46,934 nucleotides of DNA from an uncultured bacterium (GTDB lineage: Bacteria; Eisenbacteria; RBG-16-71-46; CAIMUX01), in the NCBI GenBank assembly GCA_964652115.1, contig CAZZAH010000001.1, positions 5,669 to 52,602 of the forward strand, written 5' to 3'. This document shows positions 8,987 through 17,445 of this stretch, piece after piece (the first letter of the stretch is position 1; the number at the start of each line of letters is the position of its first letter). Under the pieces are notes generated by a model, which was not told the origin of the DNA, made no database searches, and saw only the letters and a list, made by a program, of their open reading frames with translations. The position numbers and the translations under genes are program-made.

Positions 8987-9451
8987 CTAGCGACCCCAGG
9001 CGTTCCGACCCTTGTTCTTGTCCTTGTCCTTGTCTTTGTTCTGCTCCCGATCGCGGGGGGGGGTCCCAGTGGTGTCGCTGCCGCCGGGGACGGCGGGCGC
9101 GGGAGAGGGTGTCGGGGCAGGCGCGACGACGCCATGACCCGGGGGAGCGGACGGCGCGCCGGGGCCACGATCCCACTGGTGGCGTCCTTCGGGCTCGGTC
9201 GGAGTCGAGGAGCCCTGGTCATTGTCGTGGCCGTGGTCGTGCCACCATGGAGGTGGGTACCAAGGGCCTTGGGGCGCCGGGAACCAGACTTCGGATTGAG
9301 CCGAGTGGCAGGAGGCGCAATTCTCATCGGAGGCCATGTCCTCCTCCGTGGACAGGTCTGCCATCGGGTGCTTGATCATCGTGTAACAGCCAGCGGTCGT
9401 GCCCATGCCGGCAATCGCCGCCAGGAGGAGGAGGACGAAGGTCTTGTTCAT
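8987..9451 (-). CDS. Small secreted protein or probable lipoprotein with a single CxxCH motif, a His-rich patch and a Pro-rich, KD-repeat tail
   Basis: The ATG at 9451 is preceded by GAGGAGA. The N-terminus MNKTFVLLLLAAIAGMGTTAGC is a signal peptide with a lipobox-like Cys. CASCH is encoded at 9305-9319. WWHDHGHDND, a long Pro/Ala/Ser tract, and KDKDKDKNK at the C-terminus follow. It ends 41 nt upstream of the OMP start on the same strand. Confidence 0.55.
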   Translation of the reverse strand: MNKTFVLLLLAAIAGMGTTAGCYTMIKHPMADLSTEEDMASDENCASCHSAQSEVWFPAPQGPWYPPPWWHDHGHDNDQGSSTPTEPEGRHQWDRGPGAPSAPPGHGVVAPAPTPSPAPAVPGGSDTTGTPPRDREQNKDKDKDKNKGRNAWGR

Positions 9452-9748
9452 AGCGATTCTCCTCAGCGGGGTGACCAGACTGTAGACACTGACACCCGCA
9501 TCGGTCAAACGCCGGAAATTGGAAAGCGTTCCGCGCCCACCCCTGCCCCGAAACAAATTCAACCGCGGAAAACAAAAGTACCGCCGGCCGACCAGGTCGC
9601 GCATCCAAGGCCTCCGTTCGCGAGCGCAGGTGCGAGCGACGGTCGAGCGGAACCCTCCGCTCGGTGCTCGGGTTGAGGCACAAGGTTCGGGCGACTCGGA
9701 TGGCGGGAACGATGCCGGGGAGCTTGATCCACAGCACCAGGAGTGACG

Positions 9749-10423
9749 ATGCAGGCAGTCAGCACGATGCGGTCGGGAGAGACGGTGCGGTCGGGCGACA
9801 CGAGTGAAACGAAGCGGACTCCGATAGATCTCACCACGGTTCCTGATGAATCATTGATGGAGCATGTGGTCCGGGGTTCCGAGGCGGCCTTCGCTCTGTT
9901 GGTCGATCGTTATCGCGGACGGATCATCAACCTCGTCAGTCGATTCATCAACGACCGGGATCGCGCGCAGGAGATCGCTCAGGAGGTGTTCCTCCGGGTC
10001 TTCATTCATCGCGAGCGATACATGCCGACCGGGAAGTTCAGCACCTGGCTCTACACCATCGCGGTGAACCTGGCGAAGAACGAGATCCGCCGTCGGGTAC
10101 GAGCCAAGGACGTCATCAGCCTGGACAAGTTGGTCGAGATGACCGGCGACTCGGGACGATTTACCGCCGATCCCGGGCCGCGGCCGGACCGTCGCCTTCG
10201 CCAGCGCGAAGTGCATGAGCATGTGGCCAGAGCCCTCGCTCGACTTCCCGAGAAGTACCGAGAAGTCATTCTCCTGCGGGACGTGCAGCAGCTATCCTAC
10301 GAGGAGATCGAGCAGGTGCTGAGCATTCCGGGCGGCACCGTCCGCTCCAGGATCAATCGGGCAAGAACGTCTCTCCAAGAGATGCTGGGTGCCATGGTGG
10401 AGGGTGGAATCGATGAATTGTAG
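9749..10423 (+). CDS. ECF-type RNA polymerase sigma factor (sigma-70 family, group 4)
   Basis: Region 2 (FALLVDRYRGRIINLVSRFINDRDRAQEIAQEVFLRVF ... FSTWLYTIAVNLAKNEIRR) and region 4 (LPEKYREVILLRDVQQLSYEEIEQVLSIPGGTVRSRINRAR) are clear. ATG 9749 sits 5 nt after AGGAG. The track start GTG 9743 lies inside that SD. Confidence 0.85.
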   Translation: MQAVSTMRSGETVRSGDTSETKRTPIDLTTVPDESLMEHVVRGSEAAFALLVDRYRGRIINLVSRFINDRDRAQEIAQEVFLRVFIHRERYMPTGKFSTWLYTIAVNLAKNEIRRRVRAKDVISLDKLVEMTGDSGRFTADPGPRPDRRLRQREVHEHVARALARLPEKYREVILLRDVQQLSYEEIEQVLSIPGGTVRSRINRARTSLQEMLGAMVEGGIDEL

Positions 10424-11123
10424 AGAGGCGAAGTCTCTCTTTTCTGCTCGGGTGGATGGGGAGCTTTCCGGAATCGAATCTGCCGCCTTAGAGAACCATC
10501 TCTCGGTCTGCGGTCCTTGTGCCGAGGATTCTCGTTCGATCGCTTCGACCGTGCTCCTGCTCCGAACGATGCCGGAGGAATCTCCCGATCCTATGTTCGT
10601 CGGGCGCGTGCTCGATCGAGTTCGGGGATTCGAAGCCGAGCAGCTCGCTTCGGCCCGCGTCGCGCGCACGAGGGAGCTCGTGGCGCCTTGGTGGCGGCGC
10701 GCGCTCGATCGGATCGCTCCGTCCCCGATTCCGGTCGGACTGGCCCTTGCGGTCGGGGCCGTCGCTGGATTCTTTCTCATTCAGATCCCCTCCGGTTTGC
10801 AGGAGAGGCAGTCGGTCGGTACAGCCATCGCGAAGAACGAAACCGTCAGTCCGACTGCCACTCGATTGCGCGAGCAGCCCGTCAGCCCCTTCGGTGATCT
10901 TGTCCGGCGCACGAACGCCGATGCGTCGGGGTCGATGTCGCAATCTGCTTCGAACGACAGCGGCGCCAACGCAACGATTCAGTCCGCGGAGGGCATCACG
11001 CCTCAAGGGAACGGGACCCCGGTCGAGGTGCTCGCGCCGGACTGGTGGAACTCAAGCGCAGCCGATCCTCAGGCGCTCCCCGTAAGGGATCAGAATGGCG
11101 GGGCGCGAATCGTTGTGTTTTGA
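10413..11123 (+). CDS. Anti-sigma factor, zf-HC2 (ZAS) type, single-pass membrane protein
   Basis: ATG 10413 overlaps the sigma-factor stop (ATGA-type coupling). The N-terminus is MNCREAKSLFSARVDGELSGIESAALENHLSVCGPCAED, carrying the H-x3-C-x2-C motif. A predicted TM segment (PIPVGLALAVGAVAGFFLIQIP) is followed by a low-complexity periplasmic tail. Confidence 0.75.
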   Translation: MNCREAKSLFSARVDGELSGIESAALENHLSVCGPCAEDSRSIASTVLLLRTMPEESPDPMFVGRVLDRVRGFEAEQLASARVARTRELVAPWWRRALDRIAPSPIPVGLALAVGAVAGFFLIQIPSGLQERQSVGTAIAKNETVSPTATRLREQPVSPFGDLVRRTNADASGSMSQSASNDSGANATIQSAEGITPQGNGTPVEVLAPDWWNSSAADPQALPVRDQNGGARIVVF

Positions 11124-11220
11124 ACCGGGGTTAGGTAGTGGATCCGGGTTGGGTGGCGGGACCGGATCGCGGCCTCGGCCGAATTCGTCTCCCGCCGTGC
11201 AGCGGAGACGTGGAGTCAGC

Positions 11221-12459
11221 GTGATCAACTCTCGGGCGCGAAGGACCGGTGATTGGCCGGCAATCGCGCTCGCACTCTGTCTGGTCGCGACGCTCTTCCC
11301 GCGTGCCGCCGTCGCCAACCCCTTCACCGCATCGCAGCGGGGTGCGCTCGGAACCGCTCTCGATTCGATGCTGCGCCGGTGCCGCCAATCGGTCGTTCTC
11401 GTCGTGTCCTCGCGGCCCAACCCTCCTCTCTCCGGACTGTCGCCAATCGGAGTCGCTCCGACCGCTCTTTGGGCGAACGGTGTCGTCGTCGATTCGGAAG
11501 GCGGGATCCTCACCTGCGCCGACTCCGCTCAGCCTCAAGACAGCTTGTACGTCCTCGCCGCCGACGGGTCACGGCGTAAGGCTCGGTTTGTCGCGCAGGA
11601 GGTCAAGCCGGGGATGAGCCTCATTCGGGTCGTAGACTCCCGAGGCCTCGTTCCGATCGAGCGAAAGCCGGACCTGGCCGGCATGCGCGAAGGTGCGTGG
11701 ATGATCGTGTTCGGTTTCGATCGTGATCTCCGTCCCGACTTTCGTCTCGCGCGTTTGGAAACGCCGGGAGTGTCCGCCGACGGAAGGGTCTCGCGCGCGT
11801 TTCGTGTCTCGCTCGCGAGCAATGGGGGGACTTGTGGCGGCGTCGTGTTGGACGAGCTGGGTGAGTACCGGGGCGTGGCCATCAACGTGGAGGTGCCGCA
11901 GAGTGACGGCCCCCCGAACGGCGGCTGCCCGGAACGCGCGCGCCAGCTCCTAAACGCAGGCTCGCTCGCCGCCATCTCGATGGACGAGCTCTCGGCCCTG
12001 CGCGATCGACTTGAGCGCGCCGGTGAGAACCCTGCTGGGTTTGTCGGACTCCTCGTGCAGGCCGAGAGCTCGCCTGCGAGCGCGCCCCCAGCCGAGACCA
12101 CGACCGATCGGGACAGCTCCGTGAGGGTGACGGGCGTCGTGCCCGGTAGTCCGGCGGAGCGGGCAGGGTTCGTGGTCGGTGATCGCATCCTGACCCTTGA
12201 CGGCGAGGCCGTGAGTCGCGTCGATCAGGTGACCGAGCGTATCCGAGCCGCTTCGCCGGGAGTCACGGTCGTGCTCGGGGTGCGGCGAGGAGAGAGGTTG
12301 CTCAGTCTCTCGACCCCGATCGGTGATTACAGCAGCTACGATTGGATGGAGCGCCAGAAGCTCATGACTCGAAGCTGGGAGAAGCGGCTTCGTCTGAGCC
12401 TCGCTTTCCAGCAGGACTTCCTCCAAAAGCTCGAGCTCAGCGGCTCGAGATACCCCTAG
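11221..12459 (+). CDS. Secreted trypsin-fold (HtrA/DegS-like) plus PDZ protein with a non-canonical catalytic triad; possible pseudo-protease
   Basis: GTG 11221 follows GGAG by 5 nt and gives a signal peptide (VINSRARRTGDWPAIALALCLVATLFPRAAVA). The blocks GVVVDSEGGILTCADSA, MSLIRV and NGGTCGGVVLDELGEYRGVAINV align by eye to the HtrA His, Asp and GNSGG blocks. A C-terminal PDZ is present (VRVTGVVPGSPAERAGFVVGDRILTLDGEAV). The track start 11095 overlaps the anti-sigma gene and is less likely. Confidence 0.6.
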   Translation: MINSRARRTGDWPAIALALCLVATLFPRAAVANPFTASQRGALGTALDSMLRRCRQSVVLVVSSRPNPPLSGLSPIGVAPTALWANGVVVDSEGGILTCADSAQPQDSLYVLAADGSRRKARFVAQEVKPGMSLIRVVDSRGLVPIERKPDLAGMREGAWMIVFGFDRDLRPDFRLARLETPGVSADGRVSRAFRVSLASNGGTCGGVVLDELGEYRGVAINVEVPQSDGPPNGGCPERARQLLNAGSLAAISMDELSALRDRLERAGENPAGFVGLLVQAESSPASAPPAETTTDRDSSVRVTGVVPGSPAERAGFVVGDRILTLDGEAVSRVDQVTERIRAASPGVTVVLGVRRGERLLSLSTPIGDYSSYDWMERQKLMTRSWEKRLRLSLAFQQDFLQKLELSGSRYP

Positions 12460-12480
12460 GCGCAAACTCGCTCGCCAACT

Positions 12481-12509
12481 TTGACCACGCTTGGACCCCG
12501 TGTTACGGT
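12481..12509 (+). promoter_or_regulatory. Candidate sigma-70-type promoter upstream of aroB
   Basis: TTGACC (12481-12486), a 17-nt spacer, then TACGGT (12504-12509). It lies about 60 nt upstream of the aroB GTG. Sequence pattern only. Confidence 0.3.
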
Positions 12510-12571
12510 GCCGCCGCTTTGCGCGCGTGGGCGTTGTGGGATTCCGCGTGCCTTTCCTTCGAGGAGCTTCC

Positions 12572-13663
12572 GTGATCGACATCGACGTGCGCTTGAACGA
12601 CCGCTCGTATCCGGTGCGCATTGGACCCTGGCGCGACTGGGAGCTCGGCGCTCTGCTCAAGCGGAGCGGCGATCGTCCCTGGCCGATCGTTACCGACCGG
12701 AAGATCTGGGAAGTCTGGGGTGAGGACCTGAGGTCGTGCTTTGGAAGCGCCGGTATCGACCTCCACGTTCTCGAGCTCGACGCGGGAGAGCCGGCGAAGT
12801 CACACTCCACCCTCTTCAAGATCTACGACCATCTTCTGGCCTCCCGAACGCGACGCGACGAGTGCTTGCTCGTTTTCGGCGGCGGAGTGTTGGGCGACAT
12901 CGCCGGCTTCGCGGCCGCGACCTACCAACGTGGGATTTCGTATGTGCAGATCCCGACCACGCTGCTGGCGCAGGTGGACAGCTCGGTCGGCGGCAAGACC
13001 GGACTGAACTACGGTGGCCATAAGAACATGATCGGGGCGTTCCATCAGCCGCGCGCGGTGCTGATCTCCCCGGAGTGGTTGTCGACGTTGCCGGAGCGCG
13101 AATTTCGCGCCGGCTTGGCGGAGATCGTGAAGTGCGGCGTCATCCGCGACCTCGAGCTCATCCGGATCCTGGAGGATGAAGAGCCGGCACGCCTCCAGCG
13201 CTCGCCGCGGCTCGAGGAGCTGATCGCGCGCGCTCTCGTCGTGAAGGCCCGCATCGTCGAGGAGGACGAACGCGATCTTGGGCTGCGTCGCCTGCTCAAC
13301 TTCGGACACACCGCCGGACACGCGCTCGAAGCGGTTACCGGCTTCGGTCGCTACCTTCATGGAGAAGCGGTGGCGATCGGCATGGCGGTGGCCCTTCGCC
13401 TCTCACACGAACTGCTCGATCTACCTGACCAGGAGGTGGAGCGGATCGAGCGACTGCTGACGACTTACGGTCTGCCCACGCGAGCCGAAGGGGTGCCGCC
13501 GGAAAAACTCTACGCGAACCTCGACATGGACAAGAAGGTCTCGAGCGACGGGGGTGCCTGGGTGTTGACAGGCGAATTGGGCCGGGCTACGGTCACCGCC
13601 CAGGTTCCGACCGCGCGCATCCGCGCGGCCCTCAACTCGATCACCGGGGCGCACGCGACGTAA
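12572..13663 (+). CDS. aroB: 3-dehydroquinate synthase
   Basis: GTG 12572 sits 5 nt after GAGGAG. FGGGVLGDIAGFAAATYQRGISYVQIPTTLLAQVDSSVGGKTG and the HTAGHALE metal-site motif are typical AroB. The track start 12491 is an upstream over-extension. Confidence 0.9.
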   Translation: MIDIDVRLNDRSYPVRIGPWRDWELGALLKRSGDRPWPIVTDRKIWEVWGEDLRSCFGSAGIDLHVLELDAGEPAKSHSTLFKIYDHLLASRTRRDECLLVFGGGVLGDIAGFAAATYQRGISYVQIPTTLLAQVDSSVGGKTGLNYGGHKNMIGAFHQPRAVLISPEWLSTLPEREFRAGLAEIVKCGVIRDLELIRILEDEEPARLQRSPRLEELIARALVVKARIVEEDERDLGLRRLLNFGHTAGHALEAVTGFGRYLHGEAVAIGMAVALRLSHELLDLPDQEVERIERLLTTYGLPTRAEGVPPEKLYANLDMDKKVSSDGGAWVLTGELGRATVTAQVPTARIRAALNSITGAHAT

Positions 13664-14151
13664 TGCCCAAAGGGGAGAAGCCGAAAGCCCGCGCCGGAAC
13701 GCGACGTGTACTGGTGCTGCATGGGCCGAACCTGAACCTGTTGGGGGAGCGAGAGCCCGCGCTCTATGGGGACGAGACCCTGGAATCGCTCGACCGACGC
13801 ATCGCCTCAGAGGCCACACGCCTCGGCTTCGACGCCGAGAGCTTCCAATCAAACCATGAAGGGGCTCTCATCGATCGTCTGCAGGAGGCCCGGAAGGGTA
13901 CGGCCGGAGTCTTGATTAATCCGGGCGGGCTCACCCACACCAGCGTTGCGCTGCGTGACGCCGTGGCCGCGATGCCGGTGCCGGTGATCGAGGTCCACCT
14001 CAGCAACGTCTTGGCTCGCGAGGATTTTCGCCGTGTCGACTTGATCGCGCCGGTCTGCCGTGGCGTGGTCATGGGCTTTGGGGGAGACAGCTACCTAGCT
14101 GCGCTCGCCGCCCTCGACCGCGTCCTGGCGCGAGCGTCGGACCGATCGTGA
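13663..14151 (+). CDS. aroQ: 3-dehydroquinate dehydratase, type II
   Basis: 162 aa. VLVLHGPNLNLLGEREPALYG, FQSNHEGALID, INPGGLTHTSVALRDA and EVHLSN motifs. The ATG overlaps the aroB TAA by 1 nt. Confidence 0.9.
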   Translation: MPKGEKPKARAGTRRVLVLHGPNLNLLGEREPALYGDETLESLDRRIASEATRLGFDAESFQSNHEGALIDRLQEARKGTAGVLINPGGLTHTSVALRDAVAAMPVPVIEVHLSNVLAREDFRRVDLIAPVCRGVVMGFGGDSYLAALAALDRVLARASDRS

Positions 14152-14211
14152 TCTCTTACGAGGGCACGGCAGGATTTGGCGCCCTGAGAGCGGGGCTTAA
14201 GGAAAACCGAA

Positions 14212-14721
14212 ATGCAGGTCGATGATATTCGCAGGCTGGTGAAGCTCGTCGAAGAGAGCGAGATCGATGAGCTGGAGGTGCGGCGCTGGTGGACCGTGGT
14301 GCGGATCCTAAAGCGCGGCAACAACCATTCGTCGGGCGAGAAGACCGTCGTCGTGGCGGCGCCCGCGCCGGTGGCGCTGCCGGTCGCGAGCCCGGCGCCG
14401 GCGGCACCGGCTGCGTCTACGGTGGACGCCTCCGCACCGCCTAAGACGGAGGCCAAGGCGGCGCCATCCGCAGATGCGGGGCTCGTGCCGATCAAGTCGC
14501 CGATGGTTGGCACCTTCTATCGCGCGCCGAGTCCGGAGGCCGCGGTCTACGTGGACCTGGGCACTCGAGTGTCGGTCGGTCAGGTGGTTTGCATCGTTGA
14601 GGCGATGAAGTTGATGAACGAGATCGAGGCCGAGGTCGCGGGCTCGATCGAGCGCATCTTGGTCGAGAACGGTCAGCCGGTGGAATTCAATCAGCCGCTC
14701 TTCTTGGTGCGCCCGGGTTGA
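14212..14721 (+). CDS. accB: Biotin carboxyl carrier protein of acetyl-CoA carboxylase
   Basis: 169 aa. Pro/Ala-rich linker and a C-terminal biotinyl domain with the CIVEAMKLMNEIEAE biotinylation motif. Confidence 0.9.
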   Translation: MQVDDIRRLVKLVEESEIDELEVRRWWTVVRILKRGNNHSSGEKTVVVAAPAPVALPVASPAPAAPAASTVDASAPPKTEAKAAPSADAGLVPIKSPMVGTFYRAPSPEAAVYVDLGTRVSVGQVVCIVEAMKLMNEIEAEVAGSIERILVENGQPVEFNQPLFLVRPG

Positions 14722-14797
14722 TCCAGCGCTAACCCAAGCCGAGGGCGGCCGGGAGCGACGACTCCGAAATCAGGCCCGCAAGGATTGGGGAGCAAGC

Positions 14798-15991
14798 ATG
14801 GACTTCCGTAATGTGCTCGAGCAGATGATCGAGCGAGGCGCCTCGGACCTCCACATCAAGCTGGGGGCGCGCCCGCAGATCCGCATCGACGGCGCCCTGA
14901 TCCAGCTCGAGGACTCGGCTCCGACCAATCGCGAGCTCGACGAGATCCTCGACCAGCTCCTCTCTCCGGGACAAAAGGAGAAGTTCATTTCCGAACGCGA
15001 GATCGACTTCGCCTTCGGCCTGCCCGGCTTCGCCCGCTTCCGCTGCAACATCTACTTCCAGCGCGGCACCATCTCGCTCGCCATCCGGCACGTGCCGCTC
15101 GGCGTGCCGAGCTTCGAAGATCTGAATCTTCCACCGGTGGTCGAGGACATCGCGCTTCGGCGCCGTGGTCTCGTGCTCGTGACCGGAACGGTGGGAAGCG
15201 GCAAGTCGACCACCCTCGCCGCCATGATCGACTGCGTCAACCGACGAGAGCCGCGCTCGATCATCACGGTCGAGGACCCGATCGAGTTTCTCCATCGCGA
15301 CGACAAGGCCTTCATCACACAACGTGAGGTCGGGCTCGACACCGAGAGCTACGTCGGCGCGCTCCGGCACATCCTTCGACAAGACCCCGACGTGATCCTG
15401 CTCGGTGAGGTGCGTGATCGGGAGACGATGTCGGTCGCTTTGATGGCCGCGGACACCGGGCACATGGTCTTCTCGACCCTCCACACCATCGACGCCGCGC
15501 AGACGGTGAACCGAATCCTCTCCTTCTATCCGCCGCACCAGCACGACGAGGTTCGCTTCCTCCTGGCGAGCACGCTTCAGGCGGTCGTGTCGCTGCGCCT
15601 GATCCCGCGCGCCGGCGGGCGAGGCCGTGTCCCCGCGGCGGAGGTGCTGATCAACACGCCGACCATCCAGGAGTACCTGCTTAATCACGAGAAGACCCTT
15701 CTGATAAGATCCGCCATCCAAGATGGAGCGTCCCAGTACGGCATGCAGACCTTCGACCAGTCGCTCATGCGGCAGTACCGGCTCGGGTTGATCACCCTCG
15801 AGGAAGCGCTGAAGAACTCGACCAATCCGACCGAGTTCGAGCTGCGCGTGAAGGGAATCCACTCATCGAGCGACACGTCGTGGGACGCGTTCGAAGGCAA
15901 GTCAAACCAGGACGGGAAGGCGGAGGAGGCAGAGGCCCCGGCCGATAAGCGGGCCGCGGGGAACGGACCTGCCGGCATGGTGAGGTTCTAG
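14798..15991 (+). CDS. pilT: PilT/PilU-family type IV pilus retraction-type ATPase
   Basis: 397 aa. [21 protein letters not shown]-terminal domain, Walker [19 protein letters not shown], Walker B/Asp box ILLGEVRD, and His box VFSTLHT. The usual AIRNLIRE helix is divergent ([11 protein letters not shown]). It carries an acidic/Ala-rich C-terminal extension of about 40 aa. Confidence 0.85.
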   Translation: MDFRNVLEQMIERGASDLHIKLGARPQIRIDGALIQLEDSAPTNRELDEILDQLLSPGQKEKFISEREIDFAFGLPGFARFRCNIYFQRGTISLAIRHVPLGVPSFEDLNLPPVVEDIALRRRGLVLVTGTVGSGKSTTLAAMIDCVNRREPRSIITVEDPIEFLHRDDKAFITQREVGLDTESYVGALRHILRQDPDVILLGEVRDRETMSVALMAADTGHMVFSTLHTIDAAQTVNRILSFYPPHQHDEVRFLLASTLQAVVSLRLIPRAGGRGRVPAAEVLINTPTIQEYLLNHEKTLLIRSAIQDGASQYGMQTFDQSLMRQYRLGLITLEEALKNSTNPTEFELRVKGIHSSSDTSWDAFEGKSNQDGKAEEAEAPADKRAAGNGPAGMVRF

Positions 15992-16044
15992 GCACTCCCG
16001 CCCCGTGTGTTCGGACCGCGCGCGGCGCGGGGCAGGGAGGCATC

Positions 16045-17442
16045 ATGCAAAAGGTTCTGATCGCCAATCGCGGCGAGATCGCGGTCCGGATCATTCGAGC
16101 ATGCCGCGAGCTCGGGCTTAGAACGGTCGCCGTCTACTCGGAGGCCGATCGCGAGTCGCTCCACGTGCGGCTGGCCGACGAGTCGGTCTGCATCGGACCT
16201 CCGAAGAGCGCCGAGAGCTACCTCTCGATTCCACGGCTTCTGTCGGCCGCCGACATCACCAAGTCCGACGCCATCCATCCCGGTTACGGGTTCCTCTCGG
16301 AGAAGGCGCAGTTCGCCGAGGCGGTCGAGTCGCATGGCCTGACCTTCATCGGACCGGCGCCCGACTCGATCCGCACCATGGGCGACAAGAGCGTTGCCAA
16401 GACGACGATGAAGGCTGCCGGCGTTCCGACTCTACCCGGCAGCGAAGGCATCCTCGAGTCGGTCGCCCATGCGCTCGAGATCGCGGCCGAGGTTCGCTAT
16501 CCGGTCATCTTGAAGGCGCGGGACGGCGGCGGCGGCAAGGGGATGCGTGTCGTTCGCTCCGACGCCGAGCTCGAGCGCGCGTTGCCGATGGCGCAGGCCG
16601 AGGCGCAGGCCGCCTTCGGAAGCGACGCGATGTACCTGGAGAAGTTCCTCGAGCGACCGCGTCACGTCGAGATCCAGCTCGCCGCCGATACGCACGGCGC
16701 TGTGATCCACCTCTGCGAGCGTGACTGCAGCGTTCAGCGACGCCACCAGAAGCTGATCGAGGAAGCGCCCGCGCCCGGGCTCGATCCCAAGATCCGCGCG
16801 GCGATGGGCGATGCCGCGTGTCGTGGAGCGAAGCGCATCGGCTATCGCGGCCTCGGCACGATGGAGTTCCTCTACGACCAGGATGGTTCCTTCTACTTCA
16901 TGGAGATGAACACGCGGCTTCAGGTGGAGCACCCGGTGACGGAGATGATCCTGGGGCTCGACCTGGTGAAGCTCCAGATCCGGATCGCGGCCGGAGACCC
17001 GCTCCCGATGCGGCAAGAGGACATCGTCCCGCGGGGGCATGCGATCGAGTGCCGGATCAACGCGGAGGCGCCGGCGCAGAACTTCCGTCCTTCGCCGGGG
17101 AAGATCGAGTCGCTTCACTTCGCCGGCGGTCCAGGCGTGAGGCTCGACAGCCACATCTACGCCGGCTACTCGATTCCGCCGTTCTACGACTCGATGATCG
17201 CGAAGCTGATCACCCATGGGCGCGACCGTGACGAGGCGATCGAGCGAATGCTCCGCGCGCTCAAGGAGTCGTGGATCGCGGGCATCGACACGACGATGGC
17301 GTTTCAAGCCGAGGTACTCGCGCATCCCGATTTTCGGCGCGGTGGGGTCGACACGCACTTCTTGGAGCAACTGAAGGCAGAGGGCGAACCGCCGCCGCCG
17401 CCGCTCGCGCCGACGAACCCGCCGCCGCCGCCGGCGAGCTAG
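16045..17442 (+). CDS. accC: Biotin carboxylase subunit of acetyl-CoA carboxylase
   Basis: 465 aa. [24 protein letters not shown] start, [11 protein letters not shown]-grasp loop, and [14 protein letters not shown] motif. It has a poly-Pro C-terminal tail ([18 protein letters not shown]). Confidence 0.95.
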   Translation: MQKVLIANRGEIAVRIIRACRELGLRTVAVYSEADRESLHVRLADESVCIGPPKSAESYLSIPRLLSAADITKSDAIHPGYGFLSEKAQFAEAVESHGLTFIGPAPDSIRTMGDKSVAKTTMKAAGVPTLPGSEGILESVAHALEIAAEVRYPVILKARDGGGGKGMRVVRSDAELERALPMAQAEAQAAFGSDAMYLEKFLERPRHVEIQLAADTHGAVIHLCERDCSVQRRHQKLIEEAPAPGLDPKIRAAMGDAACRGAKRIGYRGLGTMEFLYDQDGSFYFMEMNTRLQVEHPVTEMILGLDLVKLQIRIAAGDPLPMRQEDIVPRGHAIECRINAEAPAQNFRPSPGKIESLHFAGGPGVRLDSHIYAGYSIPPFYDSMIAKLITHGRDRDEAIERMLRALKESWIAGIDTTMAFQAEVLAHPDFRRGGVDTHFLEQLKAEGEPPPPPLAPTNPPPPPAS

Positions 17443-17445
17443 TCG

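Noticed and set aside
8946-9176. N-terminal 77-aa extension of the outer-membrane barrel ORF as drawn in the track (start 9176).
   Set aside because: The extension is Arg/Gln/Gly-rich, has no signal peptide, and overlaps the 3' end of the upstream lipoprotein gene. An internal GTG preceded by AAGGGAG gives a proper signal peptide.
9649-9735. Two GGAAC motifs (9649-9653 and 9706-9710) upstream of the ECF sigma gene, considered as possible autoregulated ECF -35 elements.
   Set aside because: I could not pair either with a convincing ECF -10 element at 16-17 nt spacing, and GGAAC is frequent by chance at this GC content. I left it as an idea to test rather than a feature.
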